Assembly: GCF_963921235.1 (NCBI RefSeq)
Contig: NC_086107.1
Location: forward strand, 116,872,001-116,936,000
Length of the DNA stretch: 64,000 bases
Direction of reading: 5' to 3'
DNA from: Mobula hypostoma
Lineage: Eukaryota
Below, piece by piece: positions 24,511 to 36,522 of this stretch. The position numbers and the translations under genes were made by a program. Each line of letters opens with the position of its first letter. The first letter of the stretch is position 1. The notes beneath the pieces were generated by a model. It did no database searches and was not told the DNA's origin. It saw only the letters and a list, made by a program, of their open reading frames with translations.

Positions 24511-26870
24511 ATAAGACCATAAGACATAGGAGCAGAATCAGGCCATTTGGCCCATCCAGTCTGCTTCGCCATTCAATCATGGCTGATCCTTTTTCCCCCT
24601 CCTGAGCCCCATTATCTCACCTTCTCTCTGTAGATGCCATGTCCAATCAGGAACCTATCAAGCTCTGCCTTAAATATACCCAATGACCTGGCCTCCACAG
24701 CTGTCTGTGATAACAAATTCCACAAATTCACCACCCTCTGGCTAAAGCAATTTCTCTGCATCTCTGTTTTAAGTGGACACCGCTCTATCCTGAGGCTGTG
24801 CCCTCTTGTCCTAGACTCCCCCACCATGGGAAACATCTTTTCCACATCTTCTCTGTCCAGGCCTTTCAACATTCGAAAGGTTTCAATGACATCCCCACTC
24901 ATCCTTTTGAATTCCAGTGAGTACAGACCCAGAGCCAAAAAACGTTCCTCGTATGATAACCCTTTCATTCCTGGAATCATCCTTGTGAACCTCCTTTGAA
25001 CCCTCTCCAATGCCAGCACATATTTTCTTAGATGAGCAGCCCAAATCTGTTCCTAATACTCAAGCTGAGGCCTCAGCATCACATCCCTGCTCTTGTATTC
25101 TAGATCTCTTGAAATGAATGCTAGCATTGCATTTGCCTTCCTCACCACTGACTTAACCTGCAGGTTAACCTTCAGGGCGTTCTACACAAGGACTCCCAAG
25201 TCACTTTGCATCTCAAAGTTTTGGATTTTCTCCTCATTTTGAAAATAGTCTGCACATGTATTTCTACTAACAAAGTGCATGACCATGCATTTTCCAATAG
25301 TGTATTTCATTTGTCACTTCCTTAGACATTCTCCTAATATGTCTAAGTCCTGCTGCATCCTATCTGTTTCCTCAACACCATCTGCCCCTCCACCAATCTT
25401 TGTATCATCTGCAAACTTGGCCATAAAGCCATTTATTCCATCATCTAAATCATCTATATACAGCATAAAAAGAAGTGGTCCCAACACCGACCCCTGTGGA
25501 ACACCACTAGTCACTGGCAGCCAACCAGAAAAGGATCCTTTTATTCCCACTCACTGCCTCCTACGAATCATCGAATGTTCTAACCATGTTAGTAACTTTG
25601 CAATAACACCATGGGCTCTTAACTTGGTAAGCAGCCTTATCTGTGGCACCTTGTCAAAGGCTTTCTGAAAGTCCAAATATCCCCTTTATCTATCCTACTT
25701 GTAATCTCCTCAAAGAATTTATATATATATAGAATAGTACAGCACATTACAGGCCCTTCGGCCCACAGTGTTGTGCCGACCCTCAAACCCTGCCTCCCAT
25801 ATAAGCCCCCACCTTAAATTCCTCCATATACCTGTCTAGTAGTCTCTTAAACTACATGAGTGTATCTGCCTTCACCACTGACTCGGGTAGTGCATTCCAC
25901 GCACCAACCACTCTCTGAGTGAAAAACCTTCCTCTAATATCCCCCTTGAACTTCCCATCCCTTACCTTAAAGCCATCTCCTCTTGTATTGAGCAGTGGTG
26001 CCCTGGGGAAGAGGCGCTGGCTATCCATTCTATCTATTCCTCTTATTATCTTGTACACCTCTATCATGTCTCCTCTCATCCTCCTTCTTTCCAAAGAGTA
26101 AAGCCCTAGCTCCCTACAGGTTTCAACAGATTTCAATAGGTTCATCAGGCAGGATTTTTCCTGAAGGAAACCATGCTGACTTTGTACTATCTTGTCCTGT
26201 GTCACCAAGTACTCCATCACCTCATCCTTAACAATTGACTCTAACATCTTCCCAACCACTGAGGTCAGGCTAACTGGTCTATAATTTCATTTCTGCTGCC
26301 TTCCTCCTTTCTGAAGGAGTGGAGTGATATTTTCAATCTTACAGTCCTTGGCATCATTCCAGAGTCCAATGATTTTTGAAAGATCATTGCCAATGCCCTA
26401 CAATCTCTAATACTACTTCTTTCAAAACCCTAGGGTGAAGTTCATCTGGTCGGAGTGACTTATATACCCTTTGGTCTTTCTGCTTTTTGAGCAGCTTCTC
26501 CCTTGTAATAGTAACTGCACCCACTTCTCTTCCTCACACCCTTCAACATCTGGCACACTGATAGTGTCTTCCACAGTGAAGACTGATGTAAAATACTCAC
26601 TTAGTTCATCTGCCATCTCCTTGCCCCCATTATTATTTCTCCTGCCTAATTTTCTAGGAGTCCTATATCCACTCATCTCTTTTATTTTTTACATGCTTGA
26701 AAAACGTTTCACTGTCCATCCTGTTATTGTTTGCTAGCTTGCTTTCATATTTCATCTCTTCCCTTCTAATGATGCTTTTAGTTACTCTCTGTAGGTTTTT
26801 AAAAGCTTCCCAATCCTCTATCTTCCCACTAATTTTTGCTTTGTAGTATGCCCTCTTTTGTCTTTACATT
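24510..26870 (-). mobile_element. CR1 LINE (3' end to linker) with a second CR1 3' end nested at ~25725-26115
   Basis: Reverse TCTTATGG tail at 24510; ORFs 24612-25019, 25314-25550; chimeric ORF 25852-26259. Confidence 0.88.
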
Positions 26871-26962
26871 AGATGAATGTGCGAACCCTTACATCATTAC
26901 AGCTTGAGACAGTGATTAGTGTGCTATGTGTTATGTTACTAAACGGAGACTGACACCAGTGT

Positions 26963-27462
26963 CACACATCAAAGTTGCTGGTGAACACAGCAGGCCAGGC
27001 AGCATCTCCAGGAGGAGGCACAGTCGACGTTTCAGGCCGAGACCCTTCGTCAGGACTAACTGAAGGAAGAGTTAGTAAGAGATTTGAAAGTGGGAGGGGG
27101 AGGGGGAGATCCAAAATGACAGGAGGGGGAGGGATGGAGCCAAGCGCTGGACAGGTGATTGGCAAAGGGGATATGAGAGGATCATGGGACAGGAGGCCCA
27201 GGAAGAAGGAAAAGGCGGGGGGAGAACCCAGAGGATGGGCAAGGAGTATAGTCAGAGGGACAGAGGGAGTAAAAGGAGAGAGAGAGAAAGAATGTGTGTA
27301 TAAAAATAAATAACATTTGGGATACGAGGGAGGGGTGGGGTATTAGCAGAAGTTAGAGAAGTCAATGTTCATGCCATCAGGTTGGAGGCTACCCAGATGG
27401 AATATAAGGTGTTGTTCCTCCAACCTGAGTGTGGCTTCATCTTTACAGTAGAGGAGGCCGTG
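26963..27462 (-). mobile_element. Penelope-like element 3' end with hammerhead motif at 27023-27056
   Basis: Nearly identical to 36523-37015; reverse strand reads GTCCTGACGAAGGGTCTCGGCCTGAAACGTCGAC. Confidence 0.87.
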
Positions 27463-27464
27463 GG

Positions 27465-28212
27465 TAACCAGTGTGCCATTTCTTACACATTACACCCTGA
27501 GACTGAGACAGTGTGCAATCCAGTAAGTCATTACACTGAGACTGAGAGGAATGTGTTAACCCTTACCTCATTACACTCTGAGACTGATCAGTGTGCTATG
27601 CATTACGTCACTACACCAAGACTGAAACCAGTGTGCCATCCCTTACGTTATTATGCCCTGAGAGAGTCAGTGTGCTTTCCCTTATGTCATTACACCGTGA
27701 GACGGAGACCCCTGTTACCTCGTTACAATGACACTGAGACAGTATGCCATCCCTCATGTCATTACACTGAGACTGAAAACAGCGTGCTAATGTTATTACA
27801 CCCTGAGACTTAAGACTCCTGTGCTATCCCGTACCTCATCACCCTGAGACTGAGACCAGTGCGCTAAACCTTGCGCCATTACACCCCGAGACTGAGACCA
27901 GTTTACAAATCCTAACATCATTACAATGACACTGAGACCAGTGATCTATCCCTTATGTCATTACAACCTGAGGTGAGGTGTGAAAAAGAGGTGTGTTTGC
28001 TGTTTCTTATGTCATTATGCCCTGAAACTGAGACCGGTGACCTATCCCTTTCGTCATTATAAGGAGACTGTGACCAGTGTGCTATCCCTTCCTCATGACA
28101 CCAAGACTGTGACCAGTGTGCTATCCCTTCCGACATTACAACCTGAGATTGAGAGCAGTGTGCTATCCCTTATGTCATTACACCAGGACTGAGACCAGTG
28201 TGTTATCCCTCC
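27465..28212. repeat. ~42-bp satellite, continued
   Basis: Repeated CCAGTGTGCTATCCCTTA(C/T)GTCATTACACCCTGAGACTGAGA variants. Confidence 0.9.
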
Positions 28213-28214
28213 CG

Positions 28215-29850
28215 AAATTGCGTGTCAGAGGTCTGTTAGTGTCAGGGAGCAGGAGTGAGTGCCATTGCTATTACAAAGGAAAAAGTGCTAGGCAAACTCC
28301 TGCGGATAACTTAATGTGGATAAGTCACCTGGGCCAGATGGACTACATCTCAGAGTCCTGAGAGAGGTTGCTGAAGAGATAATGAATGCATTGGTTATGA
28401 TTCTTCAAGAATTATTGATTCTGGCATGGTCCCGGAGGACTGGAAGATTGCAAATATCACTCCACTCTTTAAGAAGGGAGGAAGGCAAAAGAAAGGAAAT
28501 TATAGGTTAACCTCAGTGGTGGGGAAGTGTTGGAGTCTATTACTAGGCATGAGGTTTCGGGGTACTTGGAGACTAATGATAAAATAAGTCAAAGTCAGCA
28601 TGGTTTCTGTAAAGGGAAATCATGCCTGACAAATCTATTAGAATTCTATGAGGAAGTAACAAGCTGGGTGGACAAAGGAGAGACAATGGATGTTATTTAC
28701 TTGGATTTTCAGAAGGCGTTTGACAAGGTGCCACACATGAGGCTGCTTAACAAGGTAAAATCCTATGGTGTTACAGGAAAGATACTGGCATGGATAGCAG
28801 AATGGCTGACAGGCAGGAAGCAATGAGTGAGAATAAAGGGGGCCTTTTCTAGTTGGCAGCCAGTGACCAGTATTGGGAATGCTACCTTTCACATTGTTTG
28901 TCAGTTAATTGGATTGTGGAATTCATGGCTTTGTGGCAAAAGGTGAGGAGGATACAAAGAGGTGTAGGTAGTGCTGAGGAAACAATGCGTTGGCTGCAGG
29001 ACTTAGACAAATTGGAAGAATAGGCAAAAAGGTGGCAGATGGAATGCAGTGTTGTGAAATGTATGATAATGCATTTTGGTAATAGGAACAATAGTGTGGA
29101 CTATTATCTAAATGAAGACAAGGTTCAAACATCAGAGGAGCAGAGGGACTTATGAGTCCTCGTGCACGACTCCCAGAAAGTTAGTTTCTAGGTTGCGTCT
29201 GTGGTAGAGAGGATGAATGCAATGTTGGCATTTATTTCAAGGGGACTAGAATATAAAAGCAAGGAGATAATGCTGAGCCTTTATAAGACACTAAGTCAGG
29301 GCGCATGGAGCATTGTCTATAGTTTTGGCTCCCATATCTCAGAAAGGATGTATTGTCATTGGAGAAAGTCCAGAGGAGGTTCATGAGGATAATTCTGGGG
29401 ATGGAGGGGGCTAACATATGAAAAGCATTTGGCAGCTTTGGGCCTCTTCTCACTGACATTTAGAAGAATGCGGGGGGATCTCATTGAAACCTACTGAATA
29501 TTGAAAGGACTAGATAGGGTGGATGTGGAGACGATGTTTCCTATGATGGGGGTGTCCAGAACTAGAGGGCACAGCCTCAAAATTGAGGGGTGACCCTTTA
29601 GAACAGAAGTGAGGAGCAATTTGTTTAGCCAGAAAGTAGTGAATCTGTGGAATGCTCTGCCACAGACTGCAGTGGAGGCAAATTCCGTGGGTATATTTAA
29701 GATGGAAGATGATCATTTCCTGATCGGTCAGGGCATCAAAGGATACGGCGAGAAGGCAGGTGTGTGGGGTTGAGTGGGATCTGGGATCAGCCATGATAAT
29801 GGTGGAGCAGACTCGATGGGCTGAATGGCCTAATTCTGCTCCTATGTCTT
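28215..29850 (+). mobile_element. 5'-truncated CR1 inserted in the satellite
   Basis: DKSPGPDGLH, QHGFCKGKSCLTNL, CR1 3'UTR ending CCTATGTCTTAT. Confidence 0.88.
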
Positions 29851-29851
29851 A

Positions 29852-30430
29852 TTATACCCTCAGGCTGAGACTATGCACTATCCCTTATCTCATTACTCCA
29901 AGACTGACACCAGTGGGCCATCCCTTACATCATTACACCCTGAGCAATCCAGTAAGTTATTACACTGAGACTGAGACGAATGTGTTAACCCTTACCTCAT
30001 TACACTCTGAGACTGATAAGTGTGCTATGTATTACGTCACTACACCGAGAGTGAAACCAGTGTGCTATCCCTTACGTCATTACACCCTGAGCAATCCAGT
30101 AAGTCATTACACCGTGAGACTGAGACTCGTGCCCTATCCTTTATGTCATTACACCGAGACTGAGAACAGTGTAATATGCCTTATATCATTATACTGAGAC
30201 TGAGATCAGTGTGTAATCCCTTACGACATTACACTGAGACCGAGACCAGTGTGCCAATCCCTTCCGTCAATGCAGCCTGAGACTGAAACCAGTGTTCGAT
30301 GCCTTATGTCATTACACCCTGAGACAGGGAGCTGTGCGCAATCCCTTACGTCATTGCAATGACACTGACACCAGTGTGCTATTCCCCCCATGTCATTTCA
30401 ACCTGGAACTGAGATCAGTGCGTTAACCTT
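29852..30430. repeat. ~42-bp satellite, last block
   Basis: Same unit as 27465-28212. Confidence 0.9.
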
Positions 30431-30995
30431 TGATTTGTCAGGCAATATTTTCCCTTGTTGAAACTATGTTAACTACAGCCTATTTTATCATGTGCCTCCA
30501 AGTACCCAAGACCTTATCCTTAATAATTGACTCTAATATCTTCCTAGCCACTGAGGTCAGACTAACTGGCCTATAGTTTCCTTTCTTTTGCCTCTTGTTT
30601 CTTACAGTGGAGTGACATTTGCAATTTTCCAATCTACTGGAACCATTTCAGAATCTCGTGATTCTTGAAAGATCATTACTAATGTCTCTACAAGGTCTTT
30701 AGCCACCTCTTTTGACTCTGGGGTGTACACCATCTGGTCCAGGTGACATATTTATCTTCAGACCTTTCAGCTTTCGAAGAACCTTCTCTCTAGTCATGGT
30801 AACTTCACACACTTCATGACCCCTGACACATGGAACTTCCACCATACAGCTAGTGTTCCAGAGTGAAGACTGATGCAAAATACTTACTCAGTTCATCCAC
30901 CATTTCCTTGTCCCCTATTACTACCTCTCCAGCATCATTTTCCAGTGGGCTGATATTGACTCTTGCCCCTCTTTTACATTTTGTGTATCTGAAGA
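30430..30995 (-). mobile_element. CR1 fragment
   Basis: ISPLENDAGEVVIGDKEMVDELSKYFASVFT. Confidence 0.8.
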
Positions 30996-31569
30996 AAGCT
31001 ACAGCCCAGTCCATCACAGGAAAAGCCTTCTCCACCTCTGAGTGCATTTAGAGGGAGCGCTGCCATAAGGAAACAGTAGCCTTGATGAAGGCGTCCCACC
31101 GTTCACGGCGTACCCTTTTCTCACTGCTGCCACTGGGAAAGAGGTACATCATACTTTTAACATCATAAACTAGCGCGTTGTTTGTTATGTCTCCCTGCTC
31201 ACTGTGAAACGGAGGCACCCCTTTCTCCCTTATTAGGGAGAGGGAGAACCTGTGATATGTCAAATTACGGGTGAACGAGCAGTCTTTGGGGTAACTATAA
31301 GTGTGTCTTTGCTGTTGCTTTGCTCATGCTGGAGTGCTTGGTGGCGGGTGCTGGTTCTTTTCTCTACCACGGGGGAGGGGGGATCGTGCTTGCTGCCGCT
31401 TACATGCTGGAAGGAGGGGAGCTGGGGAGACTTTGGGGTTCTAACATTTAACTGTCATTCATTCTTTGTGACACTTCTCTGATTTTGTGGATGGTTGTGA
31501 AGAAAAAGCATTTCAGGATGTATATTGTCTACATTTCTCTGACATTAAATTGCACCCTTTGAAATGTTT

Positions 31570-32010
31570 AAAGATTTATGAGGATGTTGCTGGGACTTGA
31601 GGAACTGAGTTATGGAGAGAGGTTGGGTAGTTTGGGACTTTGTTCCTAGCAGCATAGTAAACTGAGGATTGATTTTATTGAGGTGATTAAAACCATGAGG
31701 GGTATAGACAGAGTAAATGCAGACATTCTTTTACCCCAGGGTTGGGCATTCAAGAGCAGAGGAAGCAGGCTTAAGGTAAGAGGGGAGAAATTTAATAGGG
31801 ACCCAGTGGGCAACTTTTTCGACCCGGGGGTAGTCCATATATGAAATACGCTGCCAGAGGAAGCGGTTGAGTAGGTACATTAATAACATTTAAAATACAC
31901 TTAGAAGGTACACAGAGAGAAGAGGTTTAGAGAATTTAGCTTGGTTGGGGCATCTTGGTTGGCATGTACCAGTTGGGCTGAAAGGCTTATTTCTGTGTCA
32001 CAGAACTCTG
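31570..32010 (+). mobile_element. Old CR1 3' fragment
   Basis: RMLLGLEELSYGERLG-like coding remnant and CR1 3'UTR-like end. Confidence 0.7.
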
Positions 32011-32366
32011 TACAGCAGTGGTTCAAGGAGGTGAATCTTGAGGGGCAATTAGTGATGTGGAATAAACACCGGCAAGCTCCCTACCTTCCTGCAGGACAAT
32101 TAGGTGTGTGTGAGAAATGCTGGCACAACTGTAGCTTCCGAAGAATGATCAGGGATGGGTGATAAATGCTGGTACGTCCCCATTTTCCCCTGAAAAACAA
32201 TAATCTATTTCCCTTTCTGCCGTGCTGGGTGGTGGCAGGAAGGGAGATGATCCCCAACCCCTCTGACCCTAGACATCTCTCCCTCACCTCCGTCCACCCA
32301 CAATTCCCTCCTTCTAGCTCAAGAAAGCAGCAGTGGCTCTGATAAGGTTTTTTTTCTCTCTCTGTT

Positions 32367-33044
32367 TCATCGGAAGGCCCAGTAGGGCAGTAGACCATGC
32401 CCCTCCTGCAGATAGAGGTCAGGGGCCAAGCCCAGGGGGGTAGACACCATGCCAACGCTGTTCCTGCCGAAGAGCCGCCTCTCGTAGTCAATCAGCTGAC
32501 GCCAGAAGCCGAGGTTGGGGCGGATGATGGGGCGGCGGGAGTGGAGCCAGCGGTAGGCCTCGCGCAGGCTCTGCCCATGGTATTTCATCAGGTAGGCCAG
32601 GCAGAGGGTGGGGGAACGGCTAACGCCTGCTGCACAATGCACCAGGGTCCGTCCCCGCCGTCGGGACACCTGCCAGATCCGGTCTGCCACCAAGTCAAAG
32701 TAGAGGGAGAGGGGAGCGTGAGGCAGGTCCGGTAAGGGCACTTGTAAGTACTCAAGGCCTGGCCAGCGAGGGCCGTTCATCTCCAGCGTAGCGTTCACCA
32801 CACAGGTGATGCCTCGGTTGCGAAGGGCCTGGCCATCTGAGGCCACAGTCCCGCCGCTCAGGAAGAGGGAGGGTGTGACCTGAGAAAGGGGAGACAGGGA
32901 GCTGGGGGGCGGGGAAAAGAGGGGCAGAGTGAGGGGTGGAGGACGGGAGGGATGTGGAGGAGGGGGCAGAGAGACAGAAGGGTGGCCCTGGGACTTAGGC
33001 AGGAGGAAGCTGAGGGGGCGCATTGCCATAGAGGCGTGTGTCAT
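32367..33044 (-). CDS. DUSP14: Atypical dual-specificity protein phosphatase, DUSP14-like (DUSP14/18/21 group), about 225 aa, single coding exon
   Basis: Intact VHCAAGVSRS loop, GITCVVNAT, PLPDLPHAPLSLYFDLVADRI, AYLMKYH, IRPNLGFWRQLIDYE, C-terminal LLPYW. Start chosen at ATG 33044 just after acceptor CCCACAG (33051-33050); ATGs at 33029/33023 are alternatives; orthology vs paralogy is not resolved. Confidence 0.88.
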   Translation of the reverse strand: MTHASMAMRPLSFLLPKSQGHPSVSLPPPPHPSRPPPLTLPLFSPPPSSLSPLSQVTPSLFLSGGTVASDGQALRNRGITCVVNATLEMNGPRWPGLEYLQVPLPDLPHAPLSLYFDLVADRIWQVSRRRGRTLVHCAAGVSRSPTLCLAYLMKYHGQSLREAYRWLHSRRPIIRPNLGFWRQLIDYERRLFGRNSVGMVSTPLGLAPDLYLQEGHGLLPYWAFR

Positions 33045-33049
33045 TGGAG

Positions 33050-33740
33050 CTGTGGGAGGGGGTGGAGGGAGGGAGAGAGGAGAGGGATGGGAGGCAATGG
33101 AGGGGTTAGATGGAGGGAGACAGGTGGAGAGAGAGGGAGATATAGGGGAAAGTGATGGAGTGGGAGGGGGACGGAGGGAGAAGATGGAGGGAGAAGTTGG
33201 GGGAAGAGAAAGGCAGGGAAGGGGTGAGACAGAGGGAAGGTGGGGATAGACAGAGCGATGGGGTAGAGGGTTGAGAAGGGAAAGATGGAGGAAAAGGAGA
33301 GAGAGAGTGGAAGTGAGAGACAGTAAGTGCGTGGGGGAAGAGTGAAAGAGGGGGAGGGTGCAGAGGTAGGGAGGGTGAATGGTCGGAAGGGGGGAGGGGT
33401 AGAAGGAGGGAGGGGGAAGGAGAGAGAACAGAAGGGGCAGGGAAGGTAGGCCGGAGAGGCGGTGATGGGGGAGTGGGAAAAGTGGAGAGAAAAAAGAGAG
33501 GGAGGAGTAAAAGGAAGGGAGGGTGGGTGTTGAGGGGATAGGGAAGGATGAGAGGGAGGTGGAGCAAGAGCAAGTGAGAGGGTGGGAAAGGGAGTGATAA
33601 GTGATGAGGAGGAGGGGGTAGAGAGGAGTGGGGAAGAAGACCGAGGGTGAGGGATTGGGAGAGAAAGGGAGGGGGAGGGGAGGGGGAGGGGAGGGGGAGG
33701 CAAGAGTAGTGGGTGAAGGGGTGGGAGAGAGAAAGATTAG
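33050..33740. repeat. Low-complexity purine-rich (G/A) tract, intronic polypyrimidine on the gene strand
   Basis: About 700 bp of almost exclusively G/A on the plus strand. Confidence 0.9.
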
Positions 33741-33924
33741 AGGTAAAGCTTCAGTCGTTACTGACCCCTCAGTGCCTTCCAAACCAAACACATCTTGTGT
33801 TGTCTAACCTCCACTGTAACCCTGAGACCTCTGACCCTGTACGCCCACCCTCTGACTTCCCCTGACCAACATCCTGTTCATTTTGAGACCCCAACACCCC
33901 ATGACCACCCCCTCTCAAACCTCT

Positions 33925-34425
33925 TTCTAACAGAATCTTAATCACCTCTATCACCACTCCCAGCAGCACATTCCAGGCACCCACCACTCTCTGTGTAAAG
34001 AGAAACTTGTCCCACACATCTCATTTAAACGTACCTCCTCTCATCTTAAATTAGACTTTTCTACTTTGGAGCATCTATTCTATCTAAACATCTTGTAACC
34101 TGATAAACTTCTGTCAGGTCTCCCCTCAGCTTTTGTTGTTTCAGAGAAAGCAGCCCAAGTTTGCCCAATCTCTGCTCATAGCTCATGCCCTCTAATCCAG
34201 GTAGCCTCCCGGTGAATCTCTTCTGCACCCTCTCCAAAGCCCCCACACCCTTCCTGCAATGGGGTGAGCAGAACTGAATGCGATACTCGAGATGCAGCCT
34301 GACTAGAGTTTTATAAAGGTGAAATGTAAGTACCTGACTCTTGAGCTCTGTCTTGACTAATAAAGGCAAGTATGCAATATGCCTTCTTTACTACCCTCTC
34401 AACCTGCGGCGGCCACTTTCAGGGC
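33925..34425 (-). mobile_element. CR1 3' fragment in the putative DUSP intron
   Basis: LYKTLVRLHLEYRIQF, ALERVQKRFT, FTQRVVGAWN. Confidence 0.82.
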
Positions 34426-36044
34426 GGGTGATGTGTTAATGGAACAAGATGCCAGACGAAGATTAATTCACAAAATTGAAAAGACACTTAGATAGGTACA
34501 TGGATAGGGGGCAAACGTGGGCAGAGAGGATCTTGGTTGGTATGGAGCAGATGGGCCAAAAGGTCTGTTTCTGTCTGTATAACTTGGTGACTTTCCAGTT
34601 TTAGCTGTGGGACTCACCCTCCTCCATCCAGTCAGAGTTTTGCCGTCCCCTCCACATCCTATTTGCATGTCTATATCTTACTCACTAAATCTGCATAACT
34701 TTCTCCCAAATTTTGCTTGCTGTAGGGGAAGGAATGGTGAGGGCTAGTAACTAGTAAATAGGAAAGTGGATTGTGTGAATGTGGTAATGGGGAGCCTCCA
34801 TCAAAGTCTAGAAATAGAGACATTGAGTCAACAGTGATGACTCAAGGTTCATGAACATCAGTGTGCACCTATTGTAATAGAAAATTGGATTTACTGTTAA
34901 CTATGTTAGGCTTGTGGATAATTATTTTATTCTGTAATTAATACTTAATATGTTACTTAATTAAATTATTCTGAAACCGTTGCTCTTGTGAAAAGTTAGT
35001 TTCACTGTTGATCAGTTTCTGCACAATCTCATAAACTGAGATGGTAAAAGCTGTACCCTAACAGTCACCTATTCACCAAATTGCCATGTCACCTCCAAAA
35101 CTTTCCTGTAGCTATCCAACTTCTCAACAAAAGTCACTGAGGTGTAATACCCTAATTGTCCCTGCACAACATCCATTAAATGGTCTTTCCAGATCTCCAT
35201 GTTCTGTTGATGTGTATATGTTGGCCTTTATTTAAGTTTGATTGTTAATATTTGTGCATGTGACCATTCTGCTAATTGTTGATTGTTCATGGATGTTTGC
35301 ACTATTGTCATGTAGATGGCTGGTTGCTGTTGTGTTGGCTGTTATGGTATTGTCCTATGGTTTATGTTTGGAATCCAACCACCATCAATTCTGGTACATT
35401 TCACATACTGGCAAAAAAGTGATCCTGGTTCTGAAAATTCCAGTTCAGATAGATCAACTTTGACTGGTCTGCTGGTGTGATCCAGTGGATTTGAACACCA
35501 AGTCCATATGATCTTTTAGTTTGCTCCTACATCTACTACACGAAACAAGAGGAAATCTGCAGATTTCCTACACTGCACTACTCTACTACACTAAAGCCTG
35601 TTCAGTTCACATGTGGTAATAAGCCAGTTTACTCAATCTACCTCATTGTGGCCCTCGCAGCTTACTGTCTGCCTGCACTGCCTTCTCTGTAACTGTAACA
35701 CTTTATTCTGCACTCGGTTATTGTTTGACTTTGTACCACCTCAATGTAATGAACTGATTTGTGTGGATGGTATATAAGACGTTACATGAGATAATAATGT
35801 CCAAGTGTCTCTTAGACATTGTTAATGTACCTCCCTCCACCACTTCCTCTGGCAACTTGTTTCGATACGGACCACCGACTGCGTGAAGAAGCTGCCTTTG
35901 ATATCTCTGTTAAATCCCCCACCTCTGGTCTTAAACCTACTCCTCTGATATGCGGCAACCCCCCACCTCACTGGCGAAAAAGCCTGTGCGTTTTCACCCC
36001 GGTTGTTCTTCTGATTTAGGTCAACACCCGTCCCTCCTTCTCAC

Positions 36045-36175
36045 CTGCTATCGAACACCTTCTGGACAGCAGGAGAGTTGTCTGATGTCCGGCTCTTGTT
36101 GTCTGACGAATCGGCCCAACTACACTTTCACACTGCGGAGCTGACACTGGGGCATTCTCGGGATAGGTGAAACAA
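36045..36175 (-). other. Putative non-coding first exon of the DUSP gene
   Basis: Non-repeat CpG-containing segment ending in donor CAG|GTGAGA (GT at 36044-36043), directly downstream of promoter motifs; 5' end is a guess. Confidence 0.5.
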
Positions 36176-36181
36176 ACGCCC

Positions 36182-36209
36182 GTCTCCGTGGCAACCGCCG
36201 GGGGCGGGG
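36182..36209 (-). promoter_or_regulatory. RFX X-box plus adjacent GC box
   Basis: GTTGCCACGGAGAC on minus (36195-36182) and GGGGCGGGG at 36201-36209. Confidence 0.62.
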
Positions 36210-36522
36210 TCACAACTCAAGCTCCATTCCCCAAAGCGCCAGAGCAGGAGGGGAGTATTCCGTGAGGGGATACTCTCCAGCTTTATCTTGGACTCCGGGA
36301 ACAGAAACTTTACCCAAGCTCCGGGACAACTACAGAGGAGTTCGCAAAAGTTTTCTCCAATGGCTTTGTTAACAGTTATCCCGAAGCTTCGATAAACTTT
36401 TTACAGTTTTATATTCAATTACCCTGATGTTTGGGTAAACTTTTGACAACTTTGTGAGCAGTTATCCCGAAGTTTGAGTGAACATTTTATAATCTTGTGT
36501 AAACCCGGAATTTTAATAAGGA

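Noticed and set aside
23676..30430. CRISPR-like array or coding repeat
   Set aside because: Units are contiguous degenerate tandem copies with no unique spacers, no cas genes and a eukaryotic context; indels break any 14-codon frame.
23676..30430. V(D)J recombination signal heptamers (CAGTGTG/CACACTG)
   Set aside because: No nonamer at 12/23 spacing and no V, D or J segments seen.
33045..33791. 474-aa ORF as the full DUSP protein, and overlapping Pro/Ser or Gly/Glu ORFs
   Set aside because: The upstream 249 codons are a stop-poor low-complexity tract beginning at a non-ATG codon; an acceptor and ATG lie at 33050-33044.
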